A DNA stretch of 64,000 nucleotides from Bacteroidetes bacterium CG2_30_33_31 (lineage in GTDB: Bacteria; Bacteroidota; Bacteroidia; Bacteroidales; UBA1556), in assembly GCA_001872625.1 (NCBI GenBank), contig MNXP01000021.1, positions 2,052 to 66,051 on the forward strand. Reading direction: 5' to 3'. The position numbers and the translations under genes were made by a program. Every line of letters begins with the position of its first letter. Position 1 is the stretch's first letter. The notes beneath the pieces were generated by a model that saw only the letters and a list, made by a program, of their open reading frames with translations, had not been told where the DNA came from and did no database searches. Below, in pieces: positions 11,390 through 21,504 of the stretch.

Positions 11390-13759
11390 ATGAACATAAA
11401 ATTATTATTCTTTAGTTTTGGACTGCTTTTATTTTGGCAATTAGCAGCCTATGGACAAACTACAAATTTAAAGGGATTTGTAAAAGATTCAAAATCAAAT
11501 CAATCTATTGATGGAGCTACGATTTATTTTCCAACCTTAAAATTAGGTTGTATCTCAGAATTGGATGGATTATATAAAGTTGATAATATACCTTTTGGAA
11601 AATACAAAGTGGTTGTAAAGCACATTGGCTACATTACATTGGGGAAAGAAATTGAAATCTCGAAAGCTAAAGAGAATAATATTGATTTTTCATTAGAAAT
11701 GGAGGTCAAAGAATTATTAGGCATTGAGATTAAAAATGATTTGGACTTCAATCAAACTTTCATAAAAATCACAATAAAAAAATCCAATATTGAGGAAAAT
11801 TCAGTGCGGGATATTGGAGAATTGCTAAGAACTATTCCAAATATTCAGGCAGTAAGAAAAGGAGGAGCCAATCTTGATCCAGTTATTCGGGGCTTTAAAT
11901 TCGACCAGCTAAATGTGCAACTTGATAATGGAATGACGGTTGAGGGTGGATGTCCAAACCGAATGGATCCTACAACTTCTCATGTGGAAGCGGAGGATAT
12001 AGAATCTATTGAAGTGTTGAAAGGCCCTTTTACATTGCGCTATGGGCCTGTAATGGGAGGTGTTGTTAATCTTAATACTTTAAATCCACGGCCTTTCGAC
12101 AAGTTTGAAATTCATGTTAAAGGAAATATTAGTTATGAAAGCAATTGGAATGGTACTCGCCAACATTTTGCAGTATTGGGTGGTAATAAAAAGTTTTTTT
12201 TCACATTTACAGGAAACAATTCAGTTTATGGTGATTATGAAGATGGTGAAAACAATTCAGTTCCATCTTCTTTTCGAAAATTTGGAGTAACTGGTAAATT
12301 AGGATTTGCTATTAAAAAAAATCAAATAATCACTGCATCCTATTCTGAATTTTATGCTCGAAATATTAGTTTTCCTACTTTACCAATGGATGAAAGAAAA
12401 GACAACACAAAACTTTATTCTTTGGACTATAAAGCAAGAAATATTTCTAAATTAATTGAAACCATCAACATTAAATCTTATTTTACCGATGTTGATCATA
12501 CGATGGATAATTATGAGCGAAGTTCAAGTGATAGCATGGCTTCAGTTTCTCATATTCTTGCTACTCGTTTAGGTTATAGAGCTGAGATTGGCCTAAATGC
12601 TTTTACTGGTCACTTATTCGTTGGAACCGATTTTTACAAGATTAATAAAGATGGAGACAGAGTAAAGAATTTAATTATGCAAATGCCAACTTCTGCTGGT
12701 GTGGTACCTATTAAAGTTGAAGATCTTTGGAATAAAGCAGTAATTAATGATTTTGGATTTTTTAGCGAATATACTAAGAGAAAAGGGAGTTGGGAATATG
12801 TTGGTGCAGTAAGAATTGATTATAATTCAGCTTTTTGTGATTCGATAAACTTAAAAAATACAGCAGGTGCTTCCATATTAAGGGTTATTGCTGACAGTAC
12901 AATTTCAAGCTATTTAAATTTTAGTTTTAGCCTTGGCGCTACAAAAATGTTGTCAGAAAAGATGAGCTTATGAGCATCTTTTGGTAGAGGAACAAGAAGT
13001 CCTAATATGATTGAAAGGTTTATTATACAGCTTCCAGTGAGTTTTGATAACTTCGAATATATTGGAAACCCACTGTTAAAGCCTGAAACGAATAATGAGT
13101 TTGATTTGGTTCTCAAATATAAGGATTACAAATGGGGTGTCTTTGAGTTGACTGGATTCTATTCATTAGTAGAAAATTATATTGATGGTGTTTATTTGCC
13201 AAAATCTATAGTAAAACCTTTAACTGCTAAGGTTTACGGAGTAAAGAAATTTGAAAATACTGGAACGGCAAGTTTGTATGGTTTTGAATATTCATATAAA
13301 TCTCCTATTCAACATAAACTTCAGGGATTCCTAACTGCGGCTTATACTTTTGGAGTTCATAAGGAAGTTACTGTTTTAACTTTTGACGCCACCAATAATC
13401 CAATAAGCAGTCAAAAGGTTGAAAATGACCCTCTATCTGAAATTCCTCCTATGAATATTAATTTTGGAATTGTTTACGAACTGCTGAATGGTATCATCAT
13501 TCCAAAAATTAATATGAGATATATGGCTAAGCAAAATAAAATATCTACAGCTCAATTCGAAATTCCTACTGATGCAGCTTCAGTATTAAATGTTTCTTTA
13601 ACTTACAAGCAGAGTCAGGCATTAAGCATTGTTGGAGGTATCACCAATTTAATGAATAGCACTTATTATGAACATTTAAATAGAAGAATACTAGGAACAT
13701 CCACTCGAATGTACGAACCAGGTAGAGTTTTTTATATCAATATGATTTTTAACTTATAG
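11390..13759 (+). pseudogene. OprC-like TonB-dependent copper receptor interrupted by one in-frame TGA at 12971-12973
   Basis: ORFs 11390-12973 and 13007-13759 are in the same frame with no other stop between them (KMSL*ASFGRGTRSPNMIER). Motifs: GGCPNRMDP, HTM, IEVLKGP, GNPLLKPE, C-terminal PGR...FNL. Confidence 0.8.
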
Positions 13760-13769
13760 CATTAAAATT

Positions 13770-14156
13770 ATGAAAAAAATATTATTATTCTTTGTTATCA
13801 TTTTGTTGAGTCTTCAATCTTGCCAGAAAGAACCGACAATAAGAAAAGTCAAATATCAAATTAATGGGCTGAGCGATCCATACAAGATTGTATATTTTGA
13901 TCAAAATGGAAATACAATAAAACAAAATATTACACCTTCGAGTAATAAAGTTTGGAAGTTGGAATACACCGCCCCAGAAGGCAAAGTGATGTATTTATAT
14001 TTAGAATTTAAGGAAAACATAAGCAACAATATGGCATTTACAGCAGGAATTTATGTAGATGGGAAAGCATACTCTCAGACTAAAAACTTTGATGTAAGTG
14101 TAGGTGATACGATATTTAAAATAAAAAGGTCTGGAATTGTGCCATTTACAAATTAA
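13770..14156 (+). CDS. Small hypothetical lipoprotein
   Basis: Lipobox LQSC, 10 nt after the receptor. Confidence 0.7.
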   Translation: MKKILLFFVIILLSLQSCQKEPTIRKVKYQINGLSDPYKIVYFDQNGNTIKQNITPSSNKVWKLEYTAPEGKVMYLYLEFKENISNNMAFTAGIYVDGKAYSQTKNFDVSVGDTIFKIKRSGIVPFTN

Positions 14157-14342
14157 ATATACTGTTGCTCCTGTTTTCTTTTAGAGTGCATTATTGGATT
14201 TTAAAAATTTTCATTAAATAACAGATTATATGATATTTATGATTTTTTATTCAAAATTGTGCATTGTTTAAAATTAGATAGTTTTTTTATTCACTTGCTA
14301 AATTTGCAAAATTCTTTTCCTCTAAACCATTAAAGGTAGATT

Positions 14343-14777
14343 CTAATTATAAATTCTCAAAATATTTCCATCAAAAGTGGCATTATATCTTTTCATTGGC
14401 ACTGTTGCCGGGCCTGAAATTATTGAACCATCGAGTATCACAAATTGAGATTTGCAAACTGTATCCGTAACAGTTAGGTTGCTTAAATCCATTTCCAAAC
14501 GCGAATTGGCTACATAAGGATCATAAGGACAAGTGCGATCGTAGGCTACAAACTCATCTGCACTTATTCTATAAACCAAAATTCCTTTGTAGCCTCCGGT
14601 TAAATAAACCCAGCCTCCAACAGTGCTGAGCTGCACATAGATAGTTGAATTAATATCGAGATATAAATCTACTGCTACATTTGGAATTGTTTGATTCTGA
14701 TTTGGTTTATCGCATGATATTACTAAAATCATTGTACACGAAATCAAAAGAAATAATATAAATTTTAGCATTTTCAT
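14343..14777 (-). CDS. Rieske-like lipoprotein (Bacteroidota type, degenerate ligands)
   Basis: Lipobox ISC, GGYKGILVYR, AYDRTCPY, CKSQF..LDG...GPA..P. Confidence 0.65.
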   Translation of the reverse strand: MKMLKFILFLLISCTMILVISCDKPNQNQTIPNVAVDLYLDINSTIYVQLSTVGGWVYLTGGYKGILVYRISADEFVAYDRTCPYDPYVANSRLEMDLSNLTVTDTVCKSQFVILDGSIISGPATVPMKRYNATFDGNILRIYN

Positions 14778-14908
14778 AGTGTCTGCAAATGTAAGATATT
14801 TTATATCTTTAGGTTAAACGAAAAAATTAGTATATTATTTCCAATTAAATTTTAAAGAAGCCAAAGATTTCAAGAATCAGAAATATTTTTTCTGTTGAAT
14901 TAAAATCT

Positions 14909-15505
14909 TCAGAAATCAAATTTCAATTGCCGTTTTAAGTGAAAAGTTTTGCGATGATGGTTACAAAACCCAAATTCATCAATGGCCGCTACATGTGCTT
15001 TTGTTCCATAACCTTTGTTATTATCCCAATGGTATATGGGAAAATCGAGATGTAAATTTTTCATAATTTCATCTCTACAAGTTTTTGCAAGAATGGATGC
15101 AGCTGCAATTGACATATATTTTCCATCGCCTTTTACTATGGTAGTATATGGAATATTTTTGTAAGGCTTAAATTTATTACCATCGATTAAAATTTGTTCA
15201 GGGCAGATTGAAAGTTTTTCTAAAGCAATATGCATTGCAAGAATAGAGGCATTGAGTATATTAATTTTGTCTATTTCTTCAACGCTTACAATGCCTATTC
15301 CATAGGAAAGAGCATTGTCTTCAATAATTGTTTTTAGTAAAAGTCGATTTTTCTCAGTCAATTTTTTGCTGTCATCAAGTATTTGATTTTCAAAATTCTT
15401 TGGAAGAATCACAGCAGCAGCTACTACGGGCCCTGCAAGACAACCGCGGCCAGCTTCATCGCAACCTGCTTCTAATAATTCCGAAAAAAGCCATGGTTTT
15501 AGCAT
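14909..15505 (-). CDS. rnhB: Ribonuclease HII
   Basis: GCDEAGRGCLAGPV, DSKKL, KGDGKY..IAAASILAK. Confidence 0.97.
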   Translation of the reverse strand: MLKPWLFSELLEAGCDEAGRGCLAGPVVAAAVILPKNFENQILDDSKKLTEKNRLLLKTIIEDNALSYGIGIVSVEEIDKINILNASILAMHIALEKLSICPEQILIDGNKFKPYKNIPYTTIVKGDGKYMSIAAASILAKTCRDEIMKNLHLDFPIYHWDNNKGYGTKAHVAAIDEFGFCNHHRKTFHLKRQLKFDF

Positions 15506-15507
15506 TA

Positions 15508-16479
15508 TCAAAAATAAAAATATACTGATGAGATTATGTATATCGAAAAAATAATATCTAAATATAAGGTCTTCTTAAAATATTGTAGCCCAATTCCTAT
15601 AATTGCAGATATTGAGGGAATTAGCAAAATTATATTAATACTATTTGCTGCTTTGGAGAAGAAAGTTATGTAGGTGGTGATTAATAAAAATGCAATTGTG
15701 AGAGATATTATTGACCTGATGTGAATTAATCTATTTGCATAATTATTTATAACTTTCCATATAGAGAGTAAAAATAAAATAAGAGTAAATATTGAAGAAA
15801 TTAAGTTGTTGATGTTTAATGTTTCATATTTAAAATGAAAGTTGAGTAATTCAGTGGCGAAAATGCTTTTAAATGTGAGATTATTGCCTATTAAAAAATA
15901 ATAGACATAAAGGTAGATATAAGGTAACGACCACATTAATAAAGTAATTAAAATTAATTTGAATTTGAATTGTCGTAGCAATAATAATGCTATTGGAAGA
16001 TAAATTACTAAGATATAAAGTGGTTTATAAATCAGAGAAGAAAGGCTAAAAAGAATTGCAAGATTTATCAAGTCGGGTATTTTGAATTCCTGTAGAGAAG
16101 CCTCAAAAAGCAAGAAGATAGCGTAAAGTAATGTGAGAAAACCTAAAAGTTGGGAGCTTAAATTCCATAATTCAGGGAAAGCACATAGGATAAGTAAATA
16201 AGCAAAAAGAATAGAGAAATTATTTCGCGGAAGTAGAGCGAATTTTTTATAAAGTTCATTCAAGAATATTCCAATAAATAGTAAGGGAAAGAATGTAAAT
16301 ATTTGTGAAATGATGATACTGCTGCCGATAAAATAGATTATAAAATTGTACAGAAGCCCGTCGGAGGCTGATTTAATAATCATAAAATCATTTCTTAAGA
16401 AAAGTGATATAAAAATAATGCTAATAAATATTAAGAAAAATATTTGATTACCAGTGCTTTTTATAAAATGTTTAATCAA
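15508..16479 (-). CDS. Polytopic membrane protein (DUF6427-like)
   Basis: Highly hydrophobic with many TM segments, in the usual position downstream of purD. Confidence 0.6.
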   Translation of the reverse strand: MIKHFIKSTGNQIFFLIFISIIFISLFLRNDFMIIKSASDGLLYNFIIYFIGSSIIISQIFTFFPLLFIGIFLNELYKKFALLPRNNFSILFAYLLILCAFPELWNLSSQLLGFLTLLYAIFLLFEASLQEFKIPDLINLAILFSLSSLIYKPLYILVIYLPIALLLLRQFKFKLILITLLMWSLPYIYLYVYYFLIGNNLTFKSIFATELLNFHFKYETLNINNLISSIFTLILFLLSIWKVINNYANRLIHIRSIISLTIAFLLITTYITFFSKAANSINIILLIPSISAIIGIGLQYFKKTLYLDIIFSIYIISSVYFYF

Positions 16480-16484
16480 TTTAT

Positions 16485-17777
16485 TTAGTATTTAGACAGT
16501 AAATCTTTGCCGATATCCTTTCTGTAAACTACGCCATCGAATTTGATTTTTTTTGCTGCTTTATAAGAAAGAGCGATAGCGTCAATCAAATGTTTACCGT
16601 AGGATGAAACGGCCAAAACTCTGCCGCCGCTGCTTACAATTTGCTCTTTTTTGTTAAGCTTAGTGCCTGCATGAAATATCATGGTGTTTTCTGAAATATC
16701 AGAATCCAAACCTGTTATTTGCTTGTCAACAGAATAGCTTTCGGGATATCCATTTGAAGCCATCACAACAGTTGCTACACAGCGGCTATCGTACCTTATA
16801 TTTGCTTCAGAAGTTTTGCCTTCAGAAGTAAGTATAAGAGCTTTGAGCAAATCATTTTTAATTCTAGGAATTACAGATTGCGCTTCAGGGTCACCCAGCC
16901 TTACATTATATTCAATCACTAAAGGCTCGCCATTTACATTCATTAATCCGAAAAAAATAAAACCAAAATATTTCATTCCCTCTTTGTAAATTCCTTTCAC
17001 AGTGGGTTTTATAATCTTTTCCTCGACTTTAGTCATAAATTTATTTGAGGCAAAAGGTACTGGAGATATTGATCCCATTCCGCCAGTATTTAATCCTGTA
17101 TCGCCTTCTCCAATGCGTTTATAATCTTTGGCTTCTGGAAGCAAAATGTAATCTTTGCCATCGGTAAGAACAAATACCGAAAGTTCAATTCCATCAAGGA
17201 ATTCCTCTATAATTATTCTTTTGCCTGCGGCACCAAATTTTTCCTCAAAGAGTATGGACTTTATTTCTTCTTTTGCATTTTCAGCATCGTTTAAAATCAG
17301 CACGCCTTTTCCTGCAGCAAGTCCATCAACTTTTATTACGTAGGGCGGTTTTAGCTCATCAATAAATTTACAAGCTCCATTAAAAGAAACTTTGTTAAAT
17401 GACTGATATGCTGCTGTAGGAATATTATGTCGAGCCATAAATTGCTTTGCAAATTGCTTGCTGCCTTCCAATTGTGCAGAGATCTTCGAAGGAGCAATTA
17501 CTTTAACATTTTTTAGGTAAGGGTCGTTTTTGAAGAAATCGAAAATACCAGCTACTAAGGGTTGTTCTGGGCCAACAATTATCATGTCGAGTTCAACCTC
17601 AATGGCAAATGTTTTAATTTCCTCGAAATCCATAGGGTCAATTGGAAGATTCTTGCCAATTGCCTCAGTGCCAGCATTGCCAGGTGCAAAAAAAAGTTTT
17701 GAGAGTTTGTTGCTTTGAGCTATTTTCCAACCTAATGCATGTTCTCTTCCACCAGAACCAATAATCAATACCTTCAT
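16485..17777 (-). CDS. purD: Phosphoribosylamine--glycine ligase
   Basis: GSGGREHA, DGLAAGKGV, NTGGMG, RLGDPE. Confidence 0.98.
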   Translation of the reverse strand: MKVLIIGSGGREHALGWKIAQSNKLSKLFFAPGNAGTEAIGKNLPIDPMDFEEIKTFAIEVELDMIIVGPEQPLVAGIFDFFKNDPYLKNVKVIAPSKISAQLEGSKQFAKQFMARHNIPTAAYQSFNKVSFNGACKFIDELKPPYVIKVDGLAAGKGVLILNDAENAKEEIKSILFEEKFGAAGKRIIIEEFLDGIELSVFVLTDGKDYILLPEAKDYKRIGEGDTGLNTGGMGSISPVPFASNKFMTKVEEKIIKPTVKGIYKEGMKYFGFIFFGLMNVNGEPLVIEYNVRLGDPEAQSVIPRIKNDLLKALILTSEGKTSEANIRYDSRCVATVVMASNGYPESYSVDKQITGLDSDISENTMIFHAGTKLNKKEQIVSSGGRVLAVSSYGKHLIDAIALSYKAAKKIKFDGVVYRKDIGKDLLSKY

Positions 17778-17800
17778 AATTTTTTTCTCAATATATGTTA

Positions 17801-18451
17801 TTAATTTTTTACACCATAAGCCAAATCACCTGCGTCGCCGAGGCCAGGTACTATGTAAGATTGGGCGGTAAGTTCGTTGTCAATAGCACCAACCCAAAGT
17901 TTTACATTTTGACGAGATAATTGACTTTTTACAAAATTAATCCCATCTGTGCAGGCAATAGCCGATACAATGTGGGTGATGCTTGGCTTCCCAAAAGCAA
18001 GTAATGTTTTGTAGGTAAGTGCCATAGATGCACCTGTGGCAAGCATGGGATCTACAAGTATCAAAACACGGCCATCAATTTTTGGACATGAAGCATACTC
18101 CAGTTCTATATGGAATTTACCATTTTTATTATGTTTCCGATAAGCCGAAATAAATGCATTATCTGCTTTATCAAAAAAGTTTAAAAGTCCTTGATGTAAT
18201 GGTAATCCCGCACGCATAATAGTAGCTAAAACAGGCTGCTCTTTTATGTTGTTTATTTTTGAAATGCCTAAGGGCGATGTTATTTCCTTTTCCTGGTATT
18301 CAAGGGTTTTACTTATTTCATAGGCAAAAACTTCACCTATTCTCTCCATATTTTTTCTAAAACGCATTCTGTCTTTTTGCATTTCTGCATCTCTAATTTC
18401 GGAAATAAATTCATTGAAAATAGAGTTTTTCTCGCCAAGATTGGTAATCAT
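17801..18451 (-). CDS. upp: Uracil phosphoribosyltransferase
   Basis: MRAG, DPMLATGAS, YIVPGLGDAGD. Start ATG at 18451. Confidence 0.95.
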   Translation of the reverse strand: MITNLGEKNSIFNEFISEIRDAEMQKDRMRFRKNMERIGEVFAYEISKTLEYQEKEITSPLGISKINNIKEQPVLATIMRAGLPLHQGLLNFFDKADNAFISAYRKHNKNGKFHIELEYASCPKIDGRVLILVDPMLATGASMALTYKTLLAFGKPSITHIVSAIACTDGINFVKSQLSRQNVKLWVGAIDNELTAQSYIVPGLGDAGDLAYGVKN

Positions 18452-18574
18452 GATGTAAGTCTTTTGTTGATTTGAAGATGCTAAAATAAACAAAAAACCT
18501 AGATGGATTTTATCTTTTTATAGACTAAATATTTTCATCTTTTCAATTAGCTTTTTTTACTTAAAAAAATGTTA

Positions 18575-19516
18575 TTAAGCTTTTAAGTATGAATAAATTC
18601 TTTTTATTTGTTTCAATGGGAATTTAAATCTATTGATCTCGATGCTTTCATAATGAAATTTTTTGGCTCCAAAACTTTTATAAAATCTTGCTAAATTTAC
18701 GTCATTTGAGCCTTCAAAATCTAAAATATAGTTTTGATTTTGAAGTTTTTTTATTTGATTATCAATTAAATATGGCATAGCTCCAAGTTTTTTCCCTTCT
18801 TTAGTATTGCCGCTAAAAAGAAAAATGCTCCTTCCATTTCCGCTAACAAATAATGCTGTGGCAACAATATTATTATGTTCATCTATTACGCCTTTAACTT
18901 CGGCTTTCCCTTTGTGAATGAGCATATAAATTAGCTTTTGCAATCTGTTATAATCTTTGGACTTTAATTTTTTTATTTCTTTGCCTTTGTTTTCACGGAA
19001 CATTTTAATCAGTTCTTCGGGCTTTACATATTGTATTTCATTCAGATTATTTGCTTCTGCTTTCTTTAGATTTCTTTTTAAATTAGAAGAATATGATTCG
19101 TAAATAATCTTGTAATTTCCAGAAATTTCTAATTCAAAATTATCATTTTTTCTTGATATTAATTTATTAGAAATTTTTCCGAGAAGAAATTTATTGAGGT
19201 TTAAAGATATAAATTTGAATTCATTAGGGATGGCGTCTATGAATTCTTCCAAGACAGAGTTAGAGGCTGTATTTTTCCAAAAGATGCCAAGTTGCTGAAT
19301 AAAAAGTGGCTGATGAATATATTTGAAATCAAATTTTTTTGAATAGGGCAGAGGCATAAGTATCTCATAATCATCTTTTATTAAGGCATCCCAACTATTA
19401 TCTGTTAAAATATCGAGTAGGCTTGAATCGGCATAAATATAAGCATTTACAGATGAGTTTATTGATTTATCCCATTTGTTTTTGTCTATGAATTCATGCT
19501 TAACATATTTTATCAT
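18575..19516 (-). CDS. GNAT-fold (FemAB/BioF2-like) acetyltransferase
   Basis: QPLFIQQLG, YSSNLKRNLKKA, LDFEGS...LARFYKSFGA. Confidence 0.7.
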   Translation of the reverse strand: MIKYVKHEFIDKNKWDKSINSSVNAYIYADSSLLDILTDNSWDALIKDDYEILMPLPYSKKFDFKYIHQPLFIQQLGIFWKNTASNSVLEEFIDAIPNEFKFISLNLNKFLLGKISNKLISRKNDNFELEISGNYKIIYESYSSNLKRNLKKAEANNLNEIQYVKPEELIKMFRENKGKEIKKLKSKDYNRLQKLIYMLIHKGKAEVKGVIDEHNNIVATALFVSGNGRSIFLFSGNTKEGKKLGAMPYLIDNQIKKLQNQNYILDFEGSNDVNLARFYKSFGAKKFHYESIEINRFKFPLKQIKRIYSYLKA

Positions 19517-19524
19517 TAGATTAA

Positions 19525-20556
19525 TTATTTTACCAAATCATAGAGTTTTTCGAGATTTGGTTGCAAAATAATTTCTGAACGACGGTTTTTTGCTCTCCCT
19601 TCGCTGGTTTCATTTGATGATATTGGCATAAATTCGCCTCTTCCAGCTGCTGTAATTTGCTGCGGATTTATTTTGCTATTGATGGATAAAACTCTTACTA
19701 TACTTGTGGCACGTTTAACGCTCAAATCCCAGTTATCATTTACATTTCCTGCACCATTGTATGGTACATTATCGGTATGACCTTCCACTAAAATTTTAAT
19801 ATCTTTGTTGTTTTCTAACACTTTAGCAAGCTTAATCAATGCCTCTTGGCCTTTAGGGTTAATAGCAAAACTACCAGAAGCAAACAATAATTTTTCGTCC
19901 ATAGAGACATAAACCTGACCGTTTTTACGAGTTACAGTAAGTCCATTATTCTCAAATCCAGTAAGCGCATTGGAGACACTATTTTTTAGGCTGTTCATTA
20001 TCGAATCTTTTGCGGCAACCTCTTTTCTTAAATCGTTATATGCTTTTTCCTTTTCGGTTAATTCAGATTGAGCCTGAGTGAGTTGCTGACTCATTTTATC
20101 GAGAGTAAGTTTTTTATCAGCATATTCTTTTTCCAATTTGCTCAGAGCATTTTCGCGTCGCATTAAATCTTGTTGAGCTTTTTGAAGTTCAGTAAGTATT
20201 TTCTTTGTTTCAGCTTGATTTCCAGAGCTTAAGTCGTTATATTTAGAAAGCAAATCTTCGTAGCTGCTATTCAAATTATTATAGTTTTTTGAAGCAATTC
20301 TGTAATTTTTTCCAAGCGAGTTGGTATCTGCTTTCAAAGCTTCTATTTGCAATTGCATAGCAGAATTCTTCTGAGATAATTCGCTCACCATGGTGCTTAG
20401 TTGACGGTTTTCGTCTTTTAATTTGTTGTTTTCAACCTCGGTTATGTCGCGCTTACTTTGAAGCTCTTTGAATTTTTTGGAGCTTACACATGAAGTGAAG
20501 ATTAAGGTATTAACTATGCATAAAACCAGCATTTTATAAAAAATATTTTTCATCAT
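19525..20556 (-). CDS. OmpA/MotB-domain lipoprotein with long coiled coil
   Basis: TSCVS lipobox, heptad region, VEGHTD, NWDLSVKRA, NRRSEI. Confidence 0.88.
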   Translation of the reverse strand: MMKNIFYKMLVLCIVNTLIFTSCVSSKKFKELQSKRDITEVENNKLKDENRQLSTMVSELSQKNSAMQLQIEALKADTNSLGKNYRIASKNYNNLNSSYEDLLSKYNDLSSGNQAETKKILTELQKAQQDLMRRENALSKLEKEYADKKLTLDKMSQQLTQAQSELTEKEKAYNDLRKEVAAKDSIMNSLKNSVSNALTGFENNGLTVTRKNGQVYVSMDEKLLFASGSFAINPKGQEALIKLAKVLENNKDIKILVEGHTDNVPYNGAGNVNDNWDLSVKRATSIVRVLSINSKINPQQITAAGRGEFMPISSNETSEGRAKNRRSEIILQPNLEKLYDLVK

Positions 20557-20821
20557 TTGTCGTATTATTGTTTCAAAAAATTAAACATTTTACCAATTTC
20601 AAAGGTAAGTTTGGATTATATAACGGCCTTAATAATTAATTCTAAATACTAACATAAGTTTGTTAATATTATTGTGGTTGAATTTACCAGCTTGTGAAGG
20701 AATAAAAATTAAAAATTGATTTTTTATGTCAGTTTTCATTAAAGATTTTATTTTAATTTTGCTCTCTTCAAAGAGTCATTTAATATAGAAAATTTATCGA
20801 AATATTTTTAAAAACCATGAT

Positions 20822-21502
20822 ATGAAAAAAATCATAAGCCTTTTATCATTTTTTATAATGACCATCAGTATTACTGCTGCGCCAACCGACACAATTACAA
20901 GAAGTTTGGAAGATTTTCATGCCTTGGTAGTTTTTGGAAACATTAAAGTGGAGATGAGAAAAGCTGAAACTAATTCACTGACAATGTATTCACACTATTA
21001 CGATATTGCTAAGGTAACAACTATGGTGGTTAAGGGAATATTGCAATTGAAATCAAATGCCATTGGAGATGAAAAGGAAGTAATTGTAAAGCTTTTTTAT
21101 AAAAATATTGATGATTTAAAAGTTGATGCGGGAGCAAATATTGTAAAGACAGATTCCATAATTGTGGAGGATTTGCATATAAAAGTTACTAAAGGCTCTC
21201 TTTGCAGAATGCTTATTAGAGCACAAAAATTAGATGTTGAAATAAATCAAGGTTCAGAGTTTAGAGCCTATGGCAGTGCCAAAAACATAAGTGTGGTTTC
21301 AAATTCGGGAGCTCTTTTCGATTGTTATTCATTGATAACCAACAATGCCGAAATTAGGGCGAATACTGGAGGTAAAATAAATATCTTTGTAAAAGATAAG
21401 ATTACCGCATTTTCAAAAACTGGCTCTATAATTAATTATAAAGGTAAGCCAAAAATCGAGTCTGTAGATCCTTCAATGGGTGGCACCATTAATAAGTTGT
21501 AG
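20822..21502 (+). CDS. DUF2807/GIN-domain beta-helix protein
   Basis: Signal peptide, Gly-spaced repeats, INYKGKP end. Confidence 0.65.
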   Translation: MKKIISLLSFFIMTISITAAPTDTITRSLEDFHALVVFGNIKVEMRKAETNSLTMYSHYYDIAKVTTMVVKGILQLKSNAIGDEKEVIVKLFYKNIDDLKVDAGANIVKTDSIIVEDLHIKVTKGSLCRMLIRAQKLDVEINQGSEFRAYGSAKNISVVSNSGALFDCYSLITNNAEIRANTGGKINIFVKDKITAFSKTGSIINYKGKPKIESVDPSMGGTINKL

Positions 21503-21504
21503 AT

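Noticed and set aside
12971-12973. Genome-wide TGA recoding (code 4 or 25)
   Set aside because: TGA ends rnhB, the 15508 gene and the DUF819 gene at expected positions, and all other long genes are uninterrupted.
13007-13759. Independent 250-aa gene
   Set aside because: It has no signal peptide and is the in-frame C-terminal barrel part of the upstream receptor.
19525-20556. Flagellar motor MotB
   Set aside because: It is a lipoprotein with no motA or flagellar genes nearby, the usual Bacteroidota OmpA-domain protein.
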